Both the position numbers and the translations under genes were made by a program. A stretch of 64,000 nucleotides of DNA from a virus (lineage: Duplodnaviria; Caudoviricetes), in the IMG/VR virus record IMGVR_UViG_3300029705_000021; one strand, given 5' to 3'. The notes under the pieces are model-generated. The model did not search any database and was not told the DNA's origin. It saw only the letters and a list, made by a program, of their open reading frames with translations. Positions 22,471 to 32,300 of this stretch are shown here, one piece after another. Position 1 is the stretch's first letter; the number at the start of each line of letters is the position of its first letter.

Positions 22471-23486
22471 CACTCAGCAAACATTGTGTAATTCTTTAAT
22501 GCGTTCATATTTAATCGCTCTCTCAGCAGGTAATGGTTACGTCATCTTCAGTCGTAGACTGAGATGAAGGAATACCTGTTCCCCAGTGATGATACTGGGA
22601 AACAGGTAAGTTACCTGCATGTTAGGCGATTAAGATAAATGTTATTTGCATTGTAATATTGTCTTACACTAGACATTTAATAGTTTTAAACACACTCAAC
22701 AATTATTGTGCATTTCTGTAATGTTTTCATATGAAGACGCTATTGAGCAGCATATGGTAATTACGAACAGGATCTCAAGTGTAACAAAGTGAAACTTGGA
22801 TACTGGTCGTAATTAGTACGCATGGCAGCTGAATTGGATTCCTGCGAGGCGTACAATATGCTGTATCTAAAGCGTCTTTATTAAATATAATTGCATTGTG
22901 TGTGTTACCTTGCACTAGGTTTGAATACTCTCAACAGTCATTATGCAATCTCTTTAATTTGTTCATATATGCACGGTCTGTGTACCGTCAATTAATTACC
23001 AGCATAAATTTGGAACAAATTTATCAGCGTAATTACCAACCTTCTGGAAGGTCATTGACGGTAAATAGCCGTGTATAATAAATGTAACTGTATTAAATAT
23101 TCTGCGTTGCATTCGCTATATACTCAACAAATATCAGGCATTACTTTAATCTTTTCATATATGCTGTATTGCCAGATACTGGTGATGACGACAAGACTGA
23201 GATGCAATCTCGTAGCAGTCGTCAGAGTGGGTCTAAATTCAGGAGTGCTCCTGAATTTAGTCCCAAAATATCTGGTCATATATACAGCATAATTAAATCA
23301 TATTTGCGTTGTATACATTGTGTTGCCTTACACTCTTAACACACTCAGTAAACATTAGACAATTCTTTAATCTTTTCATAAGTCTGGAGGCGAAGTCCTG
23401 CAGCTCCCGTTGGGAGACGGTGAGAAGCAGGAGGAACGCCTCTTCTGACCTTTAAATTTTGTTTACATTGTATGTTTCCGATGTCT
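22471..23486 (-). ncRNA. Tandem array of five RT-associated structured units (B 22471-22669, C 22693-22915, D 22928-23112, E 23121-23328, F 23342-23486)
   Basis: ~40-nt degenerate scaffold recurs every 193-235 bp; each copy is followed by a unique, strongly base-paired core, then TAAAT and TTGCNTTG; closing arms co-vary; no credible ORF. Confidence 0.85.
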
Positions 23487-23497
23487 TTCGGTTGTTA

Positions 23498-24058
23498 TTA
23501 ATATTCTATACCTAACACTTTGAACACAAATTCTAATGCATCATTATATCCTTGTTCGTGTGTTTCTTCTGGTGTATTACCATTTCCAACGTGACCATAA
23601 TCATCAAACATTTTATCAATATTTCTTAATGTTTCATTATTACTTTCATAAGCATTAATTAATTCTTGAATCTGTTCTTTGTTAATTTCCATTTTCACTA
23701 CCTCACTTTCATCGTTATATTTATTCCAAAGTTCCATAAGAGACATACCATTACATTGCTGACAGTAATTTTCCATTTTGTTTCTGAAGAACTCTTTTTC
23801 TTCCTCAGTTAATTTCCAAAATTTATGTTCGCTTGTTAATTCACTATCTATACAATACCAAGCTGTAATTGTTCCATCAGGATACCAAAATGTATAAAAG
23901 TTAATCCAAGTTGAATCATCATTCATAGTTTCTGTTCCGAAATACTTATCAACATCAAACCATAGTTCATATGTTGCTTCAATGTTGTCATCATCAATTA
24001 TCAATTCATCACAACATCTTATGTCTTGTTTAGTAATATCAATTTGCCTTGTTTTCAT
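23498..24058 (-). CDS. Hypothetical acidic protein between units (may have an internal start at MEINKE)
   Basis: 186-aa ORF; internal GAGGT RBS before MEINK. Confidence 0.6.
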   Translation of the reverse strand: MKTRQIDITKQDIRCCDELIIDDDNIEATYELWFDVDKYFGTETMNDDSTWINFYTFWYPDGTITAWYCIDSELTSEHKFWKLTEEEKEFFRNKMENYCQQCNGMSLMELWNKYNDESEVVKMEINKEQIQELINAYESNNETLRNIDKMFDDYGHVGNGNTPEETHEQGYNDALEFVFKVLGIEY

Positions 24059-24631
24059 AACATCACCTCTTTAATACTCATCAACAAGCTCAATATCATC
24101 ACGCTTAATCATTGCCGCAGTAACCATAAGAATATCAGTTATTCTATCTTCTAACTCCGCATAAGTCATACCGTAGATATGTGCTTCTTCTTCGTTTCCC
24201 TCTCTGTCATCATCAGGAATATCAATGTTGTGCTTATCTAACAACTCCTCAAACTGTTCGCAAATCTCGTTTGCAATTTGTCTTACTTTAATTTTTGTCA
24301 TATTTTTACCTGCCTTTCTCATTTAATAATGCTAAACTCTTATGATAATCTTCTATCCAATCAGTTCCGTAGTGACTTATATAAGTTTCTTCATCTATTA
24401 CACTGATACTCTGTAAACTCTTTAAGAAGTCTTTAACAGTCCATTCGTGAACAAAGTGACATTCTGTATCCCAACACATACAACACTCAATAAGATCTGC
24501 CCAGTAACCATCACCAGTTCCTTGTTCACTCCAAACTTCTTTTATATACTTTTCGTACTTCTTAGGAATTCTAATGTTCGTTGAGTTTTCCATAGCTGTC
24601 TCCTTTCATATTTTCGTATCGTTTTCCTTTA

Positions 24632-24761
24632 GAGATAATTCTTTAATGCTTTCATATGTGAAGGCTTAATACGTCCAGCATTACTGGGATGTACCCAGTG
24701 GGGCTGGACGTTATTTACCTTCTTGTTGAATATAAGGAACTTAATACGTCAAATCTATCTC
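24632..24761 (-). ncRNA. RT-associated unit G (lacks the ACTCA part of the scaffold)
   Basis: AATTCTTTAATGCTTTCATAT; stems ACGTCCAGC/GCTGGACGT and ACTGGG-ATGTA-CCCAGT; closing arms GAGATA/TATCTC. Confidence 0.75.
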
Positions 24762-24789
24762 CGACATAAATTTAATTAGTTTCTGTTAC

Positions 24790-26151
24790 TTAGAACTTAT
24801 ATCTTTCAGCTCTTTCAGAAGTTGTATTAGGAGCTGCATTTCCTTTAGCAATTGACATACGTAAATCAAACTTATTAAGTACAATAGTGTCAACTAATAA
24901 GTTGTGGAATCTCCAAGTTTCATTTTTGTATTCTCCATTAAGTAAGTCATTCAATACAATTTCACTTCCGTACTTATCATAGCCATCCTTAAGAACTACA
25001 TTATGGAAGCGGATTAAGTTCTGAAGTGAATAGTATGATCCTGCACCCTTGAAAGCATCCTTGAATACTGCACACTTTGTAGTATCATATGGAAGCTTGT
25101 TGTAGCACTGATTCATAAAATCTCTGAATGCTAATTCAATATCTCTGTAACTACCTTCTTTAGCTGCAATCTTAACATTAGCAATTCCATTTAAAATATT
25201 ACCATAAACTTTAGCATCTAAATCCTTAACAAGAACATTTCCGTATCTAGCTAACTTAACGTATTCCTGACCACGATACTTTCTAGGATTCTCTCTCATC
25301 TGATTCTTAACATACTTCTTAAGTCTGTATAAGTAATCATTTAATAAAGCCACAGCAACATCTCCATTGAAGAACTCAGTTCTTTCTGCGAAGTACTCAG
25401 GATCTTCTTTCTGTAACTTAGCAAGAGTATGTAATTCATCAGCCATCATATCAAACTGATATCCGTATGAGTAGCAATCTTTCATGTAAGCCTCCCAACC
25501 TTTTCTTCTAGGGTTCTTTCTATCTACATAACCAAGCATACGGAATGTCTGAGCAGTAATCCATCTACGATATAACTTACTGTTCTTAACATAACCATCA
25601 TTGATAATGCTCTGTGCAATTGGATCGTTATTTGCTTCATATGAATTATGTAAATCAATCATCTTCTTAACCATCATTTCGCTTTCACTTAACTGTACAC
25701 CATTAGCTGCAGGAATAACCATTTCCTTACCGTCTACCATAATCTTAACTTCTGCACCAAAAGGAATTCTCATTGATAAGTCGAAGAAGTTCTCTGTGTT
25801 CACACCATTAGCCTTTAAAGTTTCCATTCTGTTTTCCTTTGCGTTATTTCTGTTCATCATAGTATCATTCTCCTTTTTATTTGTGTTTGTATTTGTTGTT
25901 TCATTGTTGTTATTTGTAGTTGCCTTTGTAGATACAAATCTACCTGTCTTTGGATCTCTTTCACACATATTATTTGTCTCCTTTTCTTTTACTAACTTTT
26001 CATATTCAGCAAACACCCAGTCTTCTCTTTCGTATTTATCTGCATCATCCCAAGTACAAGCACCATACTCTTTTTCATAGTTTTCTTCTGCTAACTTTTG
26101 TGCTTGTTTCCATAATTCGTTCATATTGAACACTCCTTTCCTTATATCCAT
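24790..26151 (-). CDS. Large hypothetical protein within the RT locus (candidate partner; possible internal start ~25860)
   Basis: 453-aa ORF between units G and H; internal AAGGAG RBSs before MCERD and MMNRN; RDPKTGRF motif. Confidence 0.75.
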   Translation of the reverse strand: MDIRKGVFNMNELWKQAQKLAEENYEKEYGACTWDDADKYEREDWVFAEYEKLVKEKETNNMCERDPKTGRFVSTKATTNNNNETTNTNTNKKENDTMMNRNNAKENRMETLKANGVNTENFFDLSMRIPFGAEVKIMVDGKEMVIPAANGVQLSESEMMVKKMIDLHNSYEANNDPIAQSIINDGYVKNSKLYRRWITAQTFRMLGYVDRKNPRRKGWEAYMKDCYSYGYQFDMMADELHTLAKLQKEDPEYFAERTEFFNGDVAVALLNDYLYRLKKYVKNQMRENPRKYRGQEYVKLARYGNVLVKDLDAKVYGNILNGIANVKIAAKEGSYRDIELAFRDFMNQCYNKLPYDTTKCAVFKDAFKGAGSYYSLQNLIRFHNVVLKDGYDKYGSEIVLNDLLNGEYKNETWRFHNLLVDTIVLNKFDLRMSIAKGNAAPNTTSERAERYKF

Positions 26152-26573
26152 TCCTTTAAGACTACAAGTTCCTTATCAGTTCCTTGCCAGAACCAATGGT
26201 TTTCATTGTCCATTTTCAACCAACCAAGAACACTAGCAAACAATACATAACATTCTAAAGCGAACTGTGCTAGGTTACGTGATCTATTGAAAGCAATCTC
26301 ATCATCAGTTAAGTCTTCAACTGAGTCTGCCTTGAAGTAAGGTTTGTTTCCATTATGTCTTTCTGAAGGAACAGACCTCTTATAATACTCATACAATTTT
26401 TCAAGTATGAACCAAGGTTCGTCATTGGCGAAATCACTTCTGTTCATTAAGTTTCCTTCAAGAACAATTTCTTTTCCGTCAATCTTTAAGGTTTTCTCTA
26501 CTAAGTCAATCTTAAACTTAGCACCTTTGCTTACTCTTTCGAGTAGTTCTGAGTAAATACTCATACACTTCAC
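26142..26573 (-). CDS. Hypothetical protein, candidate RT-locus partner
   Basis: 143-aa ORF overlapping the start of the 453-aa ORF; promoter directly upstream. Confidence 0.75.
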   Translation of the reverse strand: MKCMSIYSELLERVSKGAKFKIDLVEKTLKIDGKEIVLEGNLMNRSDFANDEPWFILEKLYEYYKRSVPSERHNGNKPYFKADSVEDLTDDEIAFNRSRNLAQFALECYVLFASVLGWLKMDNENHWFWQGTDKELVVLKEWI

Positions 26574-26594
26574 TTCCTTTCTGTAATTTTAATT

Positions 26595-26623
26595 AGTTTA
26601 ACATAATTTACATTTAAAGTCAA
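26595..26623 (-). promoter_or_regulatory. Promoter with operator, reading into the partner genes and units G, F-B
   Basis: Minus strand TTGACT-17bp-TAAACT followed by AATTAA. Confidence 0.65.
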
Positions 26624-26629
26624 CTTCCA

Positions 26630-27003
26630 TTCTCGACACATTTCTTTAAGTTTTTTTTAATGATCTCATATAAGCTCATCATACAGGGATGTACCCTGTA
26701 TAAGATGAGCTTAAGGAGATGTCCCTGGCAGCAAGAAGTGCTCGAAGAAGCAGGAAGTGCTGCCTGGGACATCTCTGATATGGATCATTTATTAAATATG
26801 AATGTCTATTGACTTTTGCCTTGTGTAAAGCAATCCTAACATACTCAATTCTCAATGGCACAATTCTATAAGTTATTCATATTAAGCAGCTAGGAGAGCT
26901 GTAGGATTCAGGATTGGAGGCTTGGAAGCCTCGCTATCCTGAATAGTACAGCACGTAATGCTGCTTGATTAAACTAAAGAACCTTGTATGCTTTGCGTTG
27001 TGC
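26630..27003 (-). ncRNA. RT-associated units H (26630-~26830) and I (26842-27003)
   Basis: H: hairpins TAAGCTCATC..ATACAGGG-ATGTA-CCCTGTAT..GATGAGCTTA and GAGATGTCCC..GGGACATCTC. I: scaffold TACTCAAT...TTCTATAAGTTATTCATAT, long interrupted hairpin, closing arms GCACAA/TTGTGC. Confidence 0.8.
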
Positions 27004-27042
27004 TACGCTATTGTCCTCCTGACCATCTCCATCTCTCCTTTC

Positions 27043-27201
27043 TTACCATTGTGTATCAAAATCAAACACTAAAATATCTTCATCTTCACAACCGAGTTCT
27101 TCTGCAAGTTCTCCAACTCTAACTTGCATTGCATCTTCTCCGAGAATTTCTTCCCAGACATCACGATTGTTTAAATCTGTGTAGCATAATATGAACTTCA
27201 T
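27043..27201 (-). CDS. 52-aa acidic protein between the RT and the first ncRNA unit (not in the ORF track)
   Basis: MKFILCYTDLNNRDVWEEILGEDAMQ...FDFDTQW*; GAGGTG RBS. Confidence 0.65.
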   Translation of the reverse strand: MKFILCYTDLNNRDVWEEILGEDAMQVRVGELAEELGCEDEDILVFDFDTQW

Positions 27202-27219
27202 ATTCAACACCTCTCTTTC

Positions 27220-28572
27220 TTAAATACCTCTTACTGTAGCTTCGTAAACATTCTTATTGATTTTGTAACACTTCAACAAACAACCAACAGATTTGTAATG
27301 GTCAATTTCCTTTTGTGTTCTCTGTCGGGCTGTTCTTATCTTAGAGCCTTTACCCCTGAGCAATGTATAATCATCTCTGTCAGTAACTACACCAATACCA
27401 CCTATTGAATCCATTCCGTACTTAATCTGTCTAGGCTTAAGTCCTTTTGCTTTGCGTTCCTTATTATAGTTGTAACGAACTTCACATAAGCGAATTGCAT
27501 CCATAATAAATGCGTTCAGTACATCAATGTCTTTCTCATTGTTCTGCATTGCTCCAAAACAACTTGTGGCGAATGAATATTCATCTCCACTTCCATACAA
27601 CAAACGTTTTATGTTCTCGACTGCCTGTTTTGGATGAATGTCTGGTTTGGCTAATGTTACATCATACACTGCCTTTGTAAGTTTTTTTGTTCTATTTTTA
27701 CTTAGTGTAATTCTATCTCCTTTAATAAGAAAGCCAAGAAATCCAACCCAATCATTAGCAGTATGTTTTTCACATTTCTTAGGGTGAAGAGACACACCAT
27801 ACTTAGGAAGTTCTCTGTCAAGAATTGCTTTCGCTTTATCAATATCAGAATCAACAATAAGCATATCATCTGAATATCTGACAAAATACTTAAATTCTTT
27901 TGCCATAAGTTCATCAACTTCATACAAGATTACATCTGCAAGAAAACCAGATATTGAACAGCCTTGCATGAGAGAACCGTAATGTTCAATTAAGTTATTA
28001 TCTTTGTCGAACACTAAATTTCTGTGATATAACTTTCTAAGCACATTAACTATTGGCTCACTCCCTACTTTCATTCCAAGTTCCGTTTCAATTCTATCAA
28101 ACACTGCGTCTATGTACTCAATCTTAACTGTGTCGAAATACTTACGCAAATCTACTTTTAAGATAACTTCTTTATTAGGCAACTGTTTATTCAATCGAAC
28201 AATTTCTCTTGAAGTATCTTGAACAATCTCTTGGCAACCAGTACCACTTAAGTAACTTCTACAATGTTTACTGATAAACTTATCTCTAAATAATTCCATA
28301 AGCACATCATTCACAATACTTAAGAACAATCTGTCGAATGGCTCTGCCACATAGACTTCTCTCATAGTACCATCATCTTTAGGAATCTCTGCAATGTGAA
28401 ACACATTCACTTCATAAGTTCCGTTGATAACTCTGTAATACAACTCAAGTCTTGTTTGAGGATTACAAGCCCAACGTAATATCGTGGGGCTTATATCTTT
28501 TGCATAACCTTTTTCAACAGCTGTTTCCCACCTTGAAGAATCAAAAACCATCTTCAACAATCTATCTTCCAT
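27220..28572 (-). CDS. Reverse transcriptase of unclassified type
   Basis: IPKDDG..R, VDLRKYFD (motif A), LMQGCSIS (motif B), RYSDD (catalytic YxDD), FLGF primer grip; ~150-aa C-terminal extension; no endonuclease domain. Confidence 0.95.
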   Translation of the reverse strand: MEDRLLKMVFDSSRWETAVEKGYAKDISPTILRWACNPQTRLELYYRVINGTYEVNVFHIAEIPKDDGTMREVYVAEPFDRLFLSIVNDVLMELFRDKFISKHCRSYLSGTGCQEIVQDTSREIVRLNKQLPNKEVILKVDLRKYFDTVKIEYIDAVFDRIETELGMKVGSEPIVNVLRKLYHRNLVFDKDNNLIEHYGSLMQGCSISGFLADVILYEVDELMAKEFKYFVRYSDDMLIVDSDIDKAKAILDRELPKYGVSLHPKKCEKHTANDWVGFLGFLIKGDRITLSKNRTKKLTKAVYDVTLAKPDIHPKQAVENIKRLLYGSGDEYSFATSCFGAMQNNEKDIDVLNAFIMDAIRLCEVRYNYNKERKAKGLKPRQIKYGMDSIGGIGVVTDRDDYTLLRGKGSKIRTARQRTQKEIDHYKSVGCLLKCYKINKNVYEATVRGI

Positions 28573-28905
28573 ACAATCACTCCTTTCTATTCAAACAACT
28601 TACTATATTCATCTTCGCTTACATATCCAGCAACTGCCCAAGTAAACTGTTCTCCTTTTTTATAGTCATCATAGTCAACAATTACTGCATCAGTATATCT
28701 ACCTGTCGGATCAAATTTAACTTCGCAATCACTGTTTAACAAATCTCCGTATTTCTCAATGCAGTATTCATTAAACTTCATATCATCACAGAAGCTAAAT
28801 GTTGCAGGCATATCAACATCACCAATCACTGCATCGAATTCTAAATCATGTGCAATACAATACTTAATGTAATCAATGAACTTTGTTTTCATATTATTCA
28901 TCCTC

Positions 28906-29154
28906 CTATTCTTTAATCCACTGATAATGTTCTTTATAGAATTCTAAATCTTTTTTAGGAACAACTCCGTTTTCACCAGCATAACAACTAGGAATAAATT
29001 CCGTATCCCCGTAAAAATCTTCTGCCTCAAGAACAATATCTTCATTTCTATATGCTGATTCTACCTTATCAATAGCTTCATCTAAATCTTCAGCTTCAAC
29101 ACAAACTGTCCTTTCTAAAACCTCTTTAACTGTAATTGCGTATACATTCTTCAT
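28906..29154 (-). CDS. DpnD/PcfM-like protein
   Basis: Y.I.V.E.LER.V.VEAE..DEA..KV...Y....IVL.AEDF pattern. Confidence 0.7.
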   Translation of the reverse strand: MKNVYAITVKEVLERTVCVEAEDLDEAIDKVESAYRNEDIVLEAEDFYGDTEFIPSCYAGENGVVPKKDLEFYKEHYQWIKE

Positions 29155-29308
29155 ATCCTTGGTCTCCTTTCTTTAGTTGGATGAGTATCAACATTCTTGT
29201 AAGTGTTAAGAATAACTTGATGTTTCTCTGTTTCAGTAATCTCAACTTTAATTGGTTTTGCTTTCTTATCTGTTGGGCTATACAATTCTACCATAAGCAC
29301 ACTCCTTT

Positions 29309-32300
29309 CTAATTGTACTTAACAGTTTCAATTACGTTTGCATTTAACACAAGCATATCAATATCATCAACATCTTCTTCATCCATAATGTCAAACTTCT
29401 CAATAAGCTCTTCCCATTCATAATCTTTCATACCGTGTTTAGAAAGCTCAATCTCTTTCATCTTTGCCTTATCAACATATAAGTAATTCACAATGAATGG
29501 TAAGAAATCATCAAATGTATCACATTCCTTGCAAATTCTAACAGCTGCTCTTACAAGACATTGACAGAAATCATCTGTCATAAAAGCACTACCTTTAACT
29601 TCAAGGATTTCTTCCTCGGTTATTTCTTTAACATTCTCCCAACCTTTATCAAGTATATAAGTTACAACAGCCATTTCCATTCTGCTATCAAATTCTTTCC
29701 TAATAATATTTCTTACCTTTTCTCCTGCTGTGTTCTTCATAATTAACACTCCTTCCATTCTTTCTTTTCACAATCATATGTAATTTTAACTACTCTCTCG
29801 TTTTCGTAACAAGTCGATACTACTTCCTTATTATGCTTTTCAATATAAACTTCAGCCTGCTTTACTGTATCAAACACACGAAGATTAGAAGTTATATTCT
29901 CTTCAAATATAATTATATTAACAGGTTTGCCTTTCTTATCTTTAATTTCTGTATCAATTGCAAGAAACATAGGCTCTGTATATACTTTATCATTCTCTTC
30001 ATCCCACATAAAGTAGTCTACCTTGATACAATACAACTCCAAGTTGCTTAATAATTTCATCTTCATAGTTAATCTACCTCACTTTCTCTTAAAATTTCAA
30101 ATCCGTTTTCAGTTCCGTTATAGTAAGCAACAAACCCATAGTTACCATTCTCATACTGAACTAAATCATAACCATCTTTAATTGCTAACCATTGAATTGC
30201 TTCATTAATATCTTCATCAATAAAGTCATCGTCTGAAAAACAACTTTCAAAGATATGTATGTAATAATCTTTATCAAGACTAAAATCTTTTTCCATTAAA
30301 ATTTTGTCTTGTTCTGCAACAAATAGTCTGCATTCTTTTTCGAACTGATCTGCATTTTCATAAGGAATATCCAATATAGATTTCCTTGTAAGAATTTTAT
30401 ATTTCGGCAACATAGAATCACTCCTTTAAACATTTTCTTTGTCTAATCGTCTTACAATATCAAGCACCATTCCCCAATAGGAACTTGCTTCAACTGACTG
30501 ATAGATAGTTTTACCATCAACTTTAATCTGTACATACTCTCTAGAGTCGTTCTTTTCGCTTAGGTTTCTATTGCTTGGTACGAAGATTTGTTTGAACAAT
30601 TTGTTTTCATACTGTTCTGTTTCCTTGTTCCATACTTCAAGTGAAACAACATCTTTACTCCAACTTGTTTCTGGCTCATGCACTAAACTTCCGTATGTGA
30701 TTTCAATATCTTGACACGCTCTTGTTTTCCTTAAGAGTACTTCAATATCCTTTGTAAACTGTGGTTTGTTATTTTCTTCAATTCTCATAACTATTCTCCT
30801 TTCTCAACTTTCTCTATATCAAACAAAGCAAATGCATAATCAGCACCAACTCCGTTGTGAGCACAATATGCTCTGCACAAGTATGTCTTTCCATATTGAT
30901 GAAGTTCAACTGTTTCAATGTAGTCATTATAATCAAGACCAACTGGTTCATAAGTATCTTCATCAAAGTTAAACTCTTTTGCAAAATCAACTACCTTACC
31001 AATACCAATTCCGAAGTCACTAAACAACTCTGCTAAGTCTTCATCATAACACCATACTTCAATCTCATGGTCATCAATGTCAATCTTAACTGCATTGATG
31101 TTGTACTCATCAATTACCTTGTCTACATATTCATCCCACTCATCTTCAATTCCGTCTGTAAAAATGTTTTCTAAAATAAATTCCATAGTCTTCTCCTTTC
31201 TAAAAACGATTTCCTATTCTACTCATTACTTCACTGTAAGCACCACCAGTCATATCGTCTAACATATTTACTGCCGTAGCCGTTAGAATTGCATCTGTTC
31301 TCCTTATGTGCCTAGTACAAAGTTTAGAACAATAATTTGCTTTACGACACTTTGAACAGTCACCATCAAGTAACCATTGTTCTGCTTCATTGATTTTCTC
31401 CATAACTTTCTCCTTTCTTATTTACTCCAATCTTCCCATTGTTCTATTACGCATACTGGACGAAGTCCATTTCCTCTATACACTCCATATCTACCATTGA
31501 ATGTTGCTACAATATCTTCTTCATCTCTGTTGTGACAACAATCATAAGAATACAAATTGAACTTGCCTTCTACTGTATCAATGAAAGTATAGTCTCCCTT
31601 ATCAAAATCAAACCTTTCATCTTTATCATATACTTTAACAACTGTTACTCCATCGCCATATCCATTTGAGAATAAAGCTCCAAATTCTTTTGTTCCCAAC
31701 ATGATTGCACCACAATCACTATCTGTTTCATATCTTCTCATAATCATTCTCCTTTCTTATTTCATATACAAGTAAACATACTCAACATCAGGTATCCATT
31801 CACAATCAATTAAGTACTGAACAACTTCTGTTTCACTTTCGAACTTTTCTTGATACATTTCTGTTAGCATTACTTGAGCACCATCAGTTTCTGTAAAACT
31901 ATATCCATCGTACTCAATGAAGTCCATCATTATGTAATCAACATAACCTTCATCTTCATCTTCATCAAATAGGTTATCTCCACTTCCCTCATTAATCTTA
32001 ATAAATCCAACCTTTTCATTCCAAATTAAAATATTACTACTTGTCATCGCAATTCTCCTTTCTAACCTCTCCAACTCTTTGTTACTGTGTCATACAAAGC
32101 TCCGTTTGCATCTTGATACTCTAAGTTTTCTGAGTATGTATACTTATAACATTTGTGTTTGTCTATTCCACAATATACAACCTCACACTCTCCGTTATAC
32201 ATTGCGAACTTCTCTCTGTATCCTGCGCTCTGCACCATTTCATCCTCTTCCTTTGGTGTAGGTTTTACTGACTTCATAATTCCGTTAGCAGCTTGAACAG

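Noticed and set aside
22896-23292. Plus-strand ORFs 22896-23078 and 23071-23292 (also minus-strand 26679-26861)
   Set aside because: No RBS, atypical composition, and they overlap the structured units; likely chance ORFs.
22471-23486. CRISPR array
   Set aside because: The repeats are degenerate, the intervening sequences are ~150-195 nt and strongly self-complementary, and no cas genes are present in the window.
21761-26882. Unit scaffold read as a plus-strand promoter (CTCAAC-16/18bp-TTTAAT)
   Set aside because: The spacing is promoter-like, but the would-be spacer pairs with a co-varying arm at the far end of each unit, and unit A has a consensus minus-strand promoter at its other end. 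Disfavoured, though not excluded without TSS data.
27220-28572. Diversity-generating retroelement or group II intron RT
   Set aside because: I found no TR/VR pair differing at adenines and no Avd-like gene. There is no domain V/VI-like sequence after the ORF, the catalytic motif is YSDD and no interrupted host gene is evident.
27220-28572. Canonical single-msr/msd retron
   Set aside because: The retron NAxxH and VTG signatures are not evident, the ncRNA units are multiple and downstream of the RT, and I see no invariant branching G next to the 5' arm.
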